This document shows positions 9,472 to 19,329 of a DNA stretch of 64,000 nucleotides, piece by piece. Below the pieces are notes generated by a model that did not search any database, was not told the origin of the DNA, and saw only the letters and a list, made by a program, of their open reading frames with translations. Origin of the DNA: an uncultured Candidatus Saccharibacteria bacterium (GTDB lineage Bacteria; Patescibacteriota; Minisyncoccia; UBA6257; 2-01-FULL-56-20); assembly GCA_964360585.1 (NCBI GenBank), contig CAYHXC010000007.1, positions 3,867 to 67,866 of the forward strand. The letters run 5' to 3'. The position numbers and the translations under genes were made by a program. Position 1 is the first letter of the stretch. Each line of letters starts with the position of its first letter.

Positions 9472-9748
9472 GCGACTGCTCTTTCTCGTTCGGGTGGAAG
9501 GGGAGAGTCTTCTCCCCGAACTGCTCCCAGGGAGATATTATTTGACCACCTCCCTTAAAAAACCAAAAGTTGGCAGTTATATTGTTTTCCCAAATCCGCA
9601 CAACGAGCGGCAGATTTTCATAAAAAAAATTAAATCCGTTAAGCCGGAGGGATATTATGTTTCAGGAAGCGTTTTCTGGGGGACATCGTCGGAGGATTTC
9701 GGTCTTATTTCAAGGAAACGCGTGCTGGGTACCGTGACTTTTCGATAG
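9419..9748 (+). CDS. sodX: NiSOD maturation protease (S26/S24 signal-peptidase family)
   Basis: VEGESLLPEL (GDSMxP-like) serine-protease motif; directly downstream of and overlapping sodN. Confidence 0.7.
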   Translation: MIPTAMAHTRILPINSFKRLLFLVRVEGESLLPELLPGRYYLTTSLKKPKVGSYIVFPNPHNERQIFIKKIKSVKPEGYYVSGSVFWGTSSEDFGLISRKRVLGTVTFR

Positions 9749-9822
9749 GGTACCTCTACAAGGGAGAAATCCACAGTTTTGAGGGAGAAAATTGGGTGTA
9801 TTTGTGATAAAATAGTAATGTA

Positions 9823-11679
9823 ATGAAGTCCTTCGAGCGCAACAAAGCCCCAAGGAAGTTTTTTGACGTTGTTTTGCATTCCAAAACAGAAACAAAACGT
9901 CAGCATTTTTTCAAAAGGTATGAGCATAGGGAGGTAATTAATCTTCGCCTGCCAGTCTATAAGCGCTATCCGGTTATTGCTGTTTTCCTCGTTGTTGCCA
10001 TTCTTGCCACGGGATATGGTACGCACCTTCTTTTTACTGAAGCGCACGTCGATGCCTTCTACCCCGAGAGCTGCTTAGGGACATGGCAAAATCCTCAACT
10101 GGCCCAAGGTGAACCAGATACATTCATAAGCACAACTTCCACGCTGAACGCTTCAAACTCCGCAATTCGCGATGATCAAGCACAAAATATTTTTTGTGGG
10201 AAGTTTTTATCCGATGATTTTAATGGTCAAGGCGAGATTACAGCTGTTGGCCTGACTCTTGTGTGGCGGGTTGGAGAAGAGAATCTTATAGATACGAAGG
10301 GGGAGTCAAACAGTACGCCTACTGGAGAGAGCGAAGTTTCGTCTACGCCAGCGGCTCTCCCTCTCGAACCCTCTCCCTCATCCTCTCCCAACCCCCCTTT
10401 CGAAATTGAAAGCAGTAGTCCACAATCATTTTTCCAGTTATTTCTTCCGTCATTGGCTCATGCGGAGACAGGAGAAGAAGTTCCTCCGCCGATTGTCTCG
10501 CCAGAAGTTGTAGTGGAGACAACTCCTTCGCCAGCACCTCACGAAAATGTTGTGGAAGAGAGTCCACCTTCTCTACCGACCCCAAAAGAAGAAGTCGTTC
10601 CACCGAGCGTCACGGTGGAAGATAAGACGCCCCAAGCTGTCCCACCTGAAACAGTAAATGACCCGAATGTAACGTCTTCCAGTGAGCCGGTTCCGATCGG
10701 GCCACCGATCATTGCCTCTCTCGAAAACTCATCGGATACAATTACTACCTCCGTCAGTTCATCTTCGGCTACGAGCTCGTCTTTCCCACTACCCGAACCC
10801 CCCCCTCCAGATGATCGTTTTTTGATTTTAAGTTATAGCATTGATGGCCAAAACTGGTTTGAACTAAAACGAATCGGAATGAACGACTGGAGAAATCTGA
10901 CTGTTGATCTGCCGGTCCGTTCTTGGGGCGATCTAAAAAACGTACAGATAAAAATTACCGGGACTCCTTCGACGCTCCAGGTCATTCCGCCAGTGTTTCT
11001 GGACGGGATTCTCGTAGAAGTAACTTCTCGGATGTTTCAACTGCCCGACTTTGGGACAAGTATATCGAGTAGTCAAATAGAATTTCTTCCCTTTGGAATT
11101 CAAGATCTTCCTCGGGACGAGCACGCCTCTTCATCACAAGACTATTTTTTGCAGTTTCGAGATGGAGAAGGAACTGTTCCTGAAGTCGAAACACTCTTTT
11201 TAGACTGGTGTGGCGCCTTGAGCAAAGAGGCCCTTTCGCGTGTAGCGCCGGAGTTTTGTGTGGGAGGAGGACGAGTACCTCTTTTTCTTGAAACCCAGGA
11301 AGATGGAAGCTTTGTGATGCGAACGAATCCGACCGAACCGTCATATGTTGCCTATACGATTTTTGAGGAAGGAAAAAAACTGAAGATGCGAGTAGCGGTT
11401 TCACAATCCGATTGGCAGGATCTCAATCAACCGTTTTTCATCAAGATGGTGCTTGATTACGACGAACGATTCTCCGCGTTGCAGTTAGGCGAGGATTTGA
11501 TTTTTGACGAGGGGAAAATTGTGATTGGGAAAAGTGAGGGAGGAACACTCATAGAGACATTGGCTAATGAGCCCCACCCTTCTCGTCCTGGTCGAGCAAT
11601 GAAATCTTTTATTTTTCAACTTGAGAAAAAAGAAACTGATCCGATTGGCGAGTTTACGATCGAACTATGGAAAGTATAA
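9823..11679 (+). CDS. hypothetical Pro/Ser/Glu-rich membrane-anchored protein
   Basis: single N-terminal transmembrane segment, long low-complexity Pro/Ser region, globular C-terminal part. Confidence 0.45.
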   Translation: MKSFERNKAPRKFFDVVLHSKTETKRQHFFKRYEHREVINLRLPVYKRYPVIAVFLVVAILATGYGTHLLFTEAHVDAFYPESCLGTWQNPQLAQGEPDTFISTTSTLNASNSAIRDDQAQNIFCGKFLSDDFNGQGEITAVGLTLVWRVGEENLIDTKGESNSTPTGESEVSSTPAALPLEPSPSSSPNPPFEIESSSPQSFFQLFLPSLAHAETGEEVPPPIVSPEVVVETTPSPAPHENVVEESPPSLPTPKEEVVPPSVTVEDKTPQAVPPETVNDPNVTSSSEPVPIGPPIIASLENSSDTITTSVSSSSATSSSFPLPEPPPPDDRFLILSYSIDGQNWFELKRIGMNDWRNLTVDLPVRSWGDLKNVQIKITGTPSTLQVIPPVFLDGILVEVTSRMFQLPDFGTSISSSQIEFLPFGIQDLPRDEHASSSQDYFLQFRDGEGTVPEVETLFLDWCGALSKEALSRVAPEFCVGGGRVPLFLETQEDGSFVMRTNPTEPSYVAYTIFEEGKKLKMRVAVSQSDWQDLNQPFFIKMVLDYDERFSALQLGEDLIFDEGKIVIGKSEGGTLIETLANEPHPSRPGRAMKSFIFQLEKKETDPIGEFTIELWKV

Positions 11680-12314
11680 TTATTCCGGCTCGGAATGAAG
11701 CTTTAGGATTACCCCTCGTTCTTAAAAATTTGCGAACAACTTGGAATGGAGAAGTTATTGTTGTAGACAACGGCAGTACGGACGCCACGTATCGTGTGGC
11801 CAAGGGAGGAGGAGCGCGCGTCCTATTTCTTGAAACACCGGGGAAAGGGAGATCGATGCGTTTTGCGGCGAAGCAGGCCCGAGGGGATATTCTCGTATTT
11901 GTAGATGGAGATAACACCTATCCTGTTGATCTCGCTTCGCATCTGGTTTCTATCATCAGAGAGAATAGCTGTGATTGTGTTTTCGGTTCGCGTTTTCTAC
12001 CGGGCGCCGAGAGGGAGATGAGTCTCAAGCGCCAGGCGGGAAATTATCTCCTGAACCGGCTTAGCTTATGGAAGGTGCGTCATCAAAGAACTGACATTTT
12101 GAGTGGTTTTTTCGCTATCCGAAAAGATGTTTTTCAAGAGCTCGGATTAGTGAGTAATGGATTTGAGATTGAAGCCGAGATTTTCTTAAAGTTAGAAAAA
12201 ATGGGGAAATGTACTATGGAGATTCCCGTACCCTATCGAGGAAGAAGTAATTCACAGCTTCGTCCTTGGATCGATGGTCTCAAGATAACATATACGCTTA
12301 TTCGAGGGGTATGA
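11667..12314 (+). CDS. family 2 glycosyltransferase (dolichyl/polyprenyl-phosphate glycosyltransferase-like)
   Basis: IIIPARNE ... VIVVDNGSTD ... VDGD motifs of the GT2 family. Confidence 0.75.
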   Translation: MESIIIPARNEALGLPLVLKNLRTTWNGEVIVVDNGSTDATYRVAKGGGARVLFLETPGKGRSMRFAAKQARGDILVFVDGDNTYPVDLASHLVSIIRENSCDCVFGSRFLPGAEREMSLKRQAGNYLLNRLSLWKVRHQRTDILSGFFAIRKDVFQELGLVSNGFEIEAEIFLKLEKMGKCTMEIPVPYRGRSNSQLRPWIDGLKITYTLIRGV

Positions 12315-13159
12315 AAAAGCTGTTTTTCCGGTATCGTATTCTACACTGGGGAGAGAAGATCTCTTCATTGCGCCCGCTCGGCTACACACTCTTTGGATAT
12401 GTATTTGCTTCGCATTTTTCTCTTCTCGCCATGACCCTCAACCTACTTCTCGGAGCGGGAATTTTAACTGCTTCGTATTTCTTGAATGATTACTATGATT
12501 GGAAGCTGCAGCACGAACGGAATTTTGTTTCTCGAGAACCCCAGGTTCAGAAACATATGGTATGGTATTTTAGTTTTCCGCTCTTGATTTCACTCGCAGC
12601 AGGGACGATCTTGGTGAGTCAGAGTTATGTTTCTCTACCTTCCCTAGCGCCACTTCTTCTCGCCGCCGTCCTTTCGTTTCTCTACTCCTTTCCTCCCGTG
12701 AGATTGAAGGACAGAAAGGGTATCCATTTTTTTATTTTTCCAGTATGCGTTACACTTCTTTTCCTGGCATCAATTCTTATGTTTGGAAGTTTTTCGAAGA
12801 TTATTGTCGCTTTTTCTCTGATTATTTTTCTCTACCAGTGTTATCTGGAAAGTCTTCATCAAATTCAGGACATCTTTGAAATTCACGAGTCGAGAAAACT
12901 GGCCTCACCGAATCAGGCAAGAAGGATCGCGCAAATACTCTTGGGGGTATACATTGGGGTCGCTCTTATACTTTCAATCCTGATTAACCTGCCATTTTTT
13001 CTCATCTCCGCCCTCTTTGGTGGAGTTCGTCTTCTCCGACTTTTTCAGGTGCGCCTTGTTGCTATTGGGCGGGAACGACGCCACATTTTTTCCCTTCTCG
13101 TATCGGCCGAAGAGTATATTCTCTATAGTTTTTTATTACTTGTTGGGCTCATACAGTAA
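12311..13159 (+). CDS. polytopic membrane protein, UbiA-prenyltransferase-like
   Basis: ATGA start/stop overlap with the upstream GT2 gene; NDYYD motif within a multi-transmembrane protein. Confidence 0.45.
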   Translation: MKKLFFRYRILHWGEKISSLRPLGYTLFGYVFASHFSLLAMTLNLLLGAGILTASYFLNDYYDWKLQHERNFVSREPQVQKHMVWYFSFPLLISLAAGTILVSQSYVSLPSLAPLLLAAVLSFLYSFPPVRLKDRKGIHFFIFPVCVTLLFLASILMFGSFSKIIVAFSLIIFLYQCYLESLHQIQDIFEIHESRKLASPNQARRIAQILLGVYIGVALILSILINLPFFLISALFGGVRLLRLFQVRLVAIGRERRHIFSLLVSAEEYILYSFLLLVGLIQ

Positions 13160-13162
13160 TCT

Positions 13163-14236
13163 ATGATTTCTCAAAAACTAAGGTATTTTATTCTAGTTTG
13201 CTTTCTTATCGGAGGACCGGCTCTGGTATGGTTTCTCGAAGAAGCGAGACCCTTTTCTCTTCGTGACGCACATTCCCGTATTCCTACTGCCATATCCCGC
13301 GGAGCGCAGTATCTTCGTACCCAGCAGTTTTCTTCAGGCACCTTCCATATGTTGGTATGCCCCAAAGGAGAAGGTGAAGACGCCTGTATACGAGACCCGG
13401 GCATTGTTTTTTTGGGATATATACTCAATTCACTCTCATTTCTGCCTAAGGAACAGGTCGGGGACATGACGGAAAAGGCGGCCCAGTTTCTTTTCCGGGA
13501 ACAGACGCGTCCTGGGGTGTGGCGTTTTGTTTTACATGATGCCGACCCGACAGTCTTGCCGGACCTTGATACGAACGCCCTTGTTTCCAGCGCTCTTCAA
13601 AATCTCGGGTACTCTTTGGATAATCAAGCGCTATTTCTCAATAACAGAAATGACCGGGGTGAGTTTCGGTTATGGGCAGAAGGATATGGATCTCGAGCGG
13701 ACTACACTCCTTTTGCTCGTGAAATTGATTGTGGTACGACCGCCAACGTGCTGTATTATTTAGGCGATACGAGAGAGACACGATCGGCCTGTGAACTTCT
13801 GGTCGACGATTTACTTCAGAAAAAAAGTTGTTCTTTGTATTATCGAGATCCCTTGGTTATTTATTACTTCGTGGCTCGCGCGTACCACGAGGGGAGTACC
13901 TGTCTTAAACCCACCATTTCTTATATTCAGGAGGCGATTCTCTCGGAACAAAAGGAAGATGGCAGTTTTGGAAATAGTCTGCAGACTGCCGTTTCGTTAA
14001 GCGCCCTCCTGGATACAGGTTACGACAACGAGCTTCGACTCCTGAAGGCAGTATCTGCCCTTCTCCGCCTTCAAAAAAACAATGGTTCATGGGAGCGGGG
14101 TACGATCTACTCCTATACGAGGGATTCAGGGAGTCCAGCGTTTCTGTCAAAGGATACGATATCTTTATCAGAAGATCTTTCTACGGCGTTTAGCCTTGAA
14201 GCGCTTGCAAAATTTGGACTATTTCTGAAACACTAA
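13163..14236 (+). CDS. prenyltransferase/squalene-oxidase-repeat (terpene-cyclase-like alpha/alpha toroid) protein
   Basis: repeated QxxxGSW/F motifs (QKEDGSFG, QKNNGSWE); N-terminal transmembrane segment. Confidence 0.5.
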   Translation: MISQKLRYFILVCFLIGGPALVWFLEEARPFSLRDAHSRIPTAISRGAQYLRTQQFSSGTFHMLVCPKGEGEDACIRDPGIVFLGYILNSLSFLPKEQVGDMTEKAAQFLFREQTRPGVWRFVLHDADPTVLPDLDTNALVSSALQNLGYSLDNQALFLNNRNDRGEFRLWAEGYGSRADYTPFAREIDCGTTANVLYYLGDTRETRSACELLVDDLLQKKSCSLYYRDPLVIYYFVARAYHEGSTCLKPTISYIQEAILSEQKEDGSFGNSLQTAVSLSALLDTGYDNELRLLKAVSALLRLQKNNGSWERGTIYSYTRDSGSPAFLSKDTISLSEDLSTAFSLEALAKFGLFLKH

Positions 14237-14387
14237 AACGTCTTTAGAATGACACGCTCATGCTTCTCTTTCTCTGTAGATAAGTATTTAAAAGAGTAGG
14301 GATGGACATGATACAATGGTAGTCGGAACAGCACTCATGCGCGATGAGGCGTTGTTGTGTTTGAAACAGATTCTTTTTTAAATTCCC

Positions 14388-17300
14388 GTGACTATCCACT
14401 TTTCTCCTTCAGTACGGAAACGTTTCAATAATCTTAGGTTGCTTGTTCGTAGTTCCTGGAGTGTTATACGGCATCCGTTAAGCGATTGGCCATTACGGAC
14501 AAACAACTCTTTTTTTGATCGACAGACCGTTGCCATCAGCACCTTCCTCTGGGGTGGTGTTTTTATTATCCTCAACTTTCTTTTTGCCCAACGAGTTTCT
14601 ATTTTTTGGTTCAATCACTGGCCGGTCAAGATTCTGTCGAGTGTCATCTACGGATTTCTTATCTGGTATGGCGGAGCGTTGTTTTTCTTTTTAGTCGCTA
14701 AGCTATTTCGAAAAGAAACGACTCTGGCGCGTCTCGAGATGTTAGTTTTCCCGCTCTGGCTCACCTGGGCCCTAATGCCTTTTTTCGATCTTCCCCATCT
14801 TCTTTTCAGTATTCCGATGGTTTATATCTGGGGCGCTGGGGCGCATCTCTCCTGGTTACTCGGATTTCCAATGCTGGCATTCCTTTCGTTTTCCTTGATG
14901 CGATATGAGTTTCACTTGTCCAAGAGAGAAATGGGGGTTGCCATGCTTCTGGCTGGAGCAGTTCCCGTGATTGGCCGTTTCGTCATTGAGAAGAGTCCGT
15001 TTTGGTTTGATGCGTTTGTTCTCAGTCTAACGGGAAAGGGGATGGGGTTCCACAGCGCTTCGTTACTAGCGGTTCTTGTAGCCCTCCCGCTTGCTTTCCT
15101 CTTGCGCCACCTAACCCAACCTGGGCGTTCGTGGACAACTCTTTTTTCGCCGATAATTTTTTTGGTTCTGGTGGTTCCACTTTTTGTGATTACGGCCCAA
15201 CAAACTTCCTGGACAATGTTTATTCCCGGAGGAAAAATATTTAATTTTTCTCGTCAGATTGAAGGAGATTTTGGCCCGGGGGAGTCTCGGTATCGGCATT
15301 CCTATGTTTGGACGGGAGGGGATTATGAAACTTCGACAATTACGCATGGGGGAGCTGGCATTGTCACGGCATATTACAGTGATTATTACGTTGATGTGGC
15401 GGACCTCGATTTTAACCCTACTTTAGCGGATATTCGCGAGATTAGAATTCTGGTTGATTTCACCGGGAACACCAACCTAGGATCAACAAACAAAATACAG
15501 GGTTGTTTTGCGGCAGACACCGCGAATGCCAGTGGAACTTTTTACTGCAGTGACTGGCAGAATAGTCAAAATAGCACCTCAACATTTACTTTCCGCATTC
15601 GCTCTGACAGTATTTTTACCTTCGCCACAAGTTCTGATGGCGCCGCTACTTCAACTGCCGCCTGGAACACGTTGATCAGCGCTCTGACCCAGGATGATAA
15701 TGATGTCGCGGTGCACGCGTACGTTACCGGATCAGATGACGGTAATAATTCTAATGATGGAAAAGTGGAATTTACCAATGTCAATGTTGAAGTTGAATAC
15801 AAGGACTATAACGAACTTATCACCGAGTACACGTACTCGACCAGTACCCAATCAACAACCTCAACAACCGCCATCCCCATACTGACCCTGCCGTCATCGT
15901 CTTTGCCGAACGGCACTTACTTTGTTACTTGGGGAATGCAGGCCAGCGCTGATGCTACTTCGCTCGCGATTCCGACGGTGAGTTTGCGTCAAGAGACGGG
16001 AACGATCATTGCCACTGAAAGCATGAACCTTAATACGGTCACTTCCACGGACCCAACGAAAGGAAGTTTTTTTGGAGGATTTTGGGCTGGAACGCTGGAT
16101 GGCGCCTCCTCTCTTTCTCTGTATGGGAACAGTCTTTTTGGAACTGTTGGCATATATTTCGGAACACGGTATATAAGCGCGACGCGTCTCGATACCCGCC
16201 TCACGGCCAATCAAGATTACTGGTCGAATAGCAATAACAGCACCGCCGACGTACTCACTGACGCGACAACGACATTTACCGTTGTTACCTCGACGACCGC
16301 GACCTTTCATACGGAAGCAACGGCACAACCCTTTCTCCTCTTTGCTTCTATGACCGTGAACCCCGATCAGACTGCTCGTTATTGCTCAGCTCAAGTAAAA
16401 GTGAGTTCAACGGCGAGCGTTGCCACATACGGTGTGGCCTATCGTAGGGGAGTATCGGGCAGTGATGTTTGGCCCTATACGTTCGCCACACAGCTCAATC
16501 TGGCCTCTGGATCCGTCACTGTTTCCCTGGAAGGGAAAACCAATGCGGCGGCGGCGGCCTGCGACTACGCCCAGCCTCGTATTTTTATTGTTCGCGCCAG
16601 TCTTTTCGACACTATCGGGAATAGTAGCGCAACCGCCGCAGTCACGATTAACACCTCCTCACTGACTACCCTGACGACCACCAGTTTTGTTCCCCAGGAA
16701 CAAGGTGACGCGCTCATCGTCGGCAACTCACTTTTTAGTCCAACCTCATCCCGAGCCATGGTTCTTACTACCAACGTGTCAGGCACATCGAATATTTTTT
16801 TGGACAATCTGGGTCTTTTAGGAACAGCCGTTACCAGTACCTGGCCGGTTACCACGGTTTATGTGTATCGTAATATCAGTTCAACGGTTAACTTTGCTTT
16901 GAGCGCGCACGGTGTTGGTACGGCGAGTACCACATTCGCCAGTAGCTCCTATCTGACCGTCTGGTCTCTGCAACCGCCCATCTCGTATACCCAGTCCGGT
17001 TACCGTTGGTATGCGAATAGCGATGCAACTTCAACCGGAGCCGCCCTGGCCGCCACCAATACCGCGGCATTTGCTCCCGTTCAAGGGACCCCTTTTCGAT
17101 TACGGTCTCTCCTCCACATTGGGAGTTCGACGCTCTCTTCCAGTTCACAGCCGTTTAAACTGCAGTATGCTGAAAAATCAGGGACGTGCGATACTGCATT
17201 TTCTGGAGAAACCTATGGCGACGTCGGGCGGACAAGCGGCGCTATCCGTTTTTATAACAACGCTTCAGTCAGTGATGGGGTAAGAATTGCCACCTCTTCG

Positions 17301-19205
17301 GGTGATCCGGTCCATGGCAGTGATACGGTCGTGGCCCAAAGTTATGAGGAAGCAAACTCGTTTGTGGCGGTCACGAGCACGGCAAGTAGTAGTGACGCCA
17401 TGTGGGATTTTTCGTTGGTTGATAACTCTGCGGTAGCCAGTACGACCTACTGTTTCCGAGCGGTCCAGATTGGCGATGTGGCTCTCGACGCCTACAGTGT
17501 TATTCCCGAGATTACCACGAAGGGAGCTGCTCCAGCTTTGGGGAGTGTGACCTTAAACAATGGTTCTGATATTTCACTCACGCCAGCTACCACAACTCGC
17601 ATTTACGCCTCATCGAGCGTCGTATCTGATGCTGACGGAGCGGGGGATATCCTCTACGCCACCTCAACGTTCTACCGCTCAGGGGTAACGGGCGGGCAGG
17701 ATTGCGTGGCTAATGATTTAAACTGTTATCAAACAGCGAGTTCGAGTTGTAGTTTTGCCGCCAGCACCTCCACGGTATCTTGCTATACGGATATCTGGTA
17801 CTTTGCGCAAGCTACCGATGCCTCGTCTAGTTTTAGCGCGGAAAGTTGGCAGGCGGCAATTTCCGTGACTGATAAACAAGCAGTTTCTACGAGAGTCAGC
17901 TCGACGGTCGGAACGGTACAGATTATCTCTCTTATAGCCATCGGATCAGCAACCTCATCCCTAAATTACGGAACTCAATTTGCGGGACAAAATACCGGCA
18001 GTACCAATCAGTTAGCTAACATTATCAACTACGGAAATACCTCCTCGACACTTAAGGTCTCTGGCACAAACTTAACCAGCGGAGGAAATACAATTGACGT
18101 GAGTAATCTACACTATGCTTCATCAGGATTTACGTATGGAGGAGTAGAACAATCTTTAAGTACGATTGCCACTACGCTCACCGGTGTCACCATTCTCCGC
18201 CCACCGATGTCGCCACTTTGGTCAACCAGTACACTTCCTTATGAAATCATCCAGCATAATCTTTCAGAATATAATAACTTTTTATATCAAACTGGCGGTT
18301 TGGACGTATCTTTAGCAAACACCTCAAATGTATCTTTTGCCCCATTGAGTCCCACCGGGACCATAGGCACGTGGGCCACCACCACGAATTTATCAGAAGG
18401 AAGACGTTTGCATGCCGGAGGCACCTACGGGGGGTACCTTTATGTGGCTGGCGGATTGCTGGACGGGAATGTTCTTACGAGTTCGGTCAAATTTGCCCAA
18501 ATCAACAGCACGGGGAGTATTGGGAGTTGGCTAACTGCTACCGCGCTTCCCACGAGTACCTATCAGGCCGGCAACGTTATTTCTAATGGCTATTTGTATC
18601 TGGTAGGGGGAAAAACTGGAGAAAGTGACGCCACCAGTACCGTTCGGTATGTTTCCATTAATAGTACCGGTAGTGTAAATACTTGGGACACTACGACGGC
18701 CCTACCAGGTCCTCTTGCAAGTCAGTACGGAGTAGTTGCTTATCAAGGATATATCTATCATGTCGGCGGCGTAAATAATAGCGGCAATACCTCTAGTGTG
18801 TTTTATGCGCCTTTGAACAGTAATGGCACGATCGGTTCTTGGAATTCCGGTACGTCACTCCCGGGCAGTTTTGCTTCTCCCGCGTTGGCTGCTTCCGGAG
18901 GATTTCTTTTTGTGGCAGTGGGAAGTATAACCTCCACCTTTGTCTACGCCCCGCTTTACTCAAACGGTTCTTTGGGTTCTTGGTCCCTCGGCACCTCTTT
19001 GCCATCGAGTACCGCGACGGTGCCGGCGCTTGCTTGGAACGGAAATGTATATATTACTGGTAATAACAATGTTATTCCTCAAAAGGATGTATTTTGGATT
19101 CCCACAAACAATCGGAATACCTACTGGGGACTGAATGTGCCAACCGGTAACGTCTCGGGAACGTATAGCGGTACCGTTACCTTTACGGCGGCCTATACTC
19201 CCTAG
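14388..19205 (+). CDS. giant (1605 aa) membrane-anchored Ser/Thr-rich surface protein with C-terminal Kelch-like beta-propeller
   Basis: N-terminal multi-transmembrane region, huge Ser/Thr-rich middle section, repeated YLYVAGG / YLYLVGG / YIYHVGG blades. Confidence 0.6.
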   Translation: MTIHFSPSVRKRFNNLRLLVRSSWSVIRHPLSDWPLRTNNSFFDRQTVAISTFLWGGVFIILNFLFAQRVSIFWFNHWPVKILSSVIYGFLIWYGGALFFFLVAKLFRKETTLARLEMLVFPLWLTWALMPFFDLPHLLFSIPMVYIWGAGAHLSWLLGFPMLAFLSFSLMRYEFHLSKREMGVAMLLAGAVPVIGRFVIEKSPFWFDAFVLSLTGKGMGFHSASLLAVLVALPLAFLLRHLTQPGRSWTTLFSPIIFLVLVVPLFVITAQQTSWTMFIPGGKIFNFSRQIEGDFGPGESRYRHSYVWTGGDYETSTITHGGAGIVTAYYSDYYVDVADLDFNPTLADIREIRILVDFTGNTNLGSTNKIQGCFAADTANASGTFYCSDWQNSQNSTSTFTFRIRSDSIFTFATSSDGAATSTAAWNTLISALTQDDNDVAVHAYVTGSDDGNNSNDGKVEFTNVNVEVEYKDYNELITEYTYSTSTQSTTSTTAIPILTLPSSSLPNGTYFVTWGMQASADATSLAIPTVSLRQETGTIIATESMNLNTVTSTDPTKGSFFGGFWAGTLDGASSLSLYGNSLFGTVGIYFGTRYISATRLDTRLTANQDYWSNSNNSTADVLTDATTTFTVVTSTTATFHTEATAQPFLLFASMTVNPDQTARYCSAQVKVSSTASVATYGVAYRRGVSGSDVWPYTFATQLNLASGSVTVSLEGKTNAAAAACDYAQPRIFIVRASLFDTIGNSSATAAVTINTSSLTTLTTTSFVPQEQGDALIVGNSLFSPTSSRAMVLTTNVSGTSNIFLDNLGLLGTAVTSTWPVTTVYVYRNISSTVNFALSAHGVGTASTTFASSSYLTVWSLQPPISYTQSGYRWYANSDATSTGAALAATNTAAFAPVQGTPFRLRSLLHIGSSTLSSSSQPFKLQYAEKSGTCDTAFSGETYGDVGRTSGAIRFYNNASVSDGVRIATSSGDPVHGSDTVVAQSYEEANSFVAVTSTASSSDAMWDFSLVDNSAVASTTYCFRAVQIGDVALDAYSVIPEITTKGAAPALGSVTLNNGSDISLTPATTTRIYASSSVVSDADGAGDILYATSTFYRSGVTGGQDCVANDLNCYQTASSSCSFAASTSTVSCYTDIWYFAQATDASSSFSAESWQAAISVTDKQAVSTRVSSTVGTVQIISLIAIGSATSSLNYGTQFAGQNTGSTNQLANIINYGNTSSTLKVSGTNLTSGGNTIDVSNLHYASSGFTYGGVEQSLSTIATTLTGVTILRPPMSPLWSTSTLPYEIIQHNLSEYNNFLYQTGGLDVSLANTSNVSFAPLSPTGTIGTWATTTNLSEGRRLHAGGTYGGYLYVAGGLLDGNVLTSSVKFAQINSTGSIGSWLTATALPTSTYQAGNVISNGYLYLVGGKTGESDATSTVRYVSINSTGSVNTWDTTTALPGPLASQYGVVAYQGYIYHVGGVNNSGNTSSVFYAPLNSNGTIGSWNSGTSLPGSFASPALAASGGFLFVAVGSITSTFVYAPLYSNGSLGSWSLGTSLPSSTATVPALAWNGNVYITGNNNVIPQKDVFWIPTNNRNTYWGLNVPTGNVSGTYSGTVTFTAAYTP

Positions 19206-19329
19206 CCCCATCTCTTAAAAAAGGGCGAGCAGATTGGGACTCTTTTTGTTTTTAGTCCGATACTCATCTGAGGAAGGGCGTGTGAATAATCCCCCTTGTT
19301 TTAGAACTTCCCTAGGGTATGATTAGCCC

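Noticed and set aside
14378-14614. Many short antisense or overlapping ORFs listed in the six-frame track (for example 14378-14614, 15894-16328, 31187-31864, 52038-52484)
   Set aside because: They lie wholly inside longer ORFs that have recognizable domains, and their compositions look like frame artefacts.
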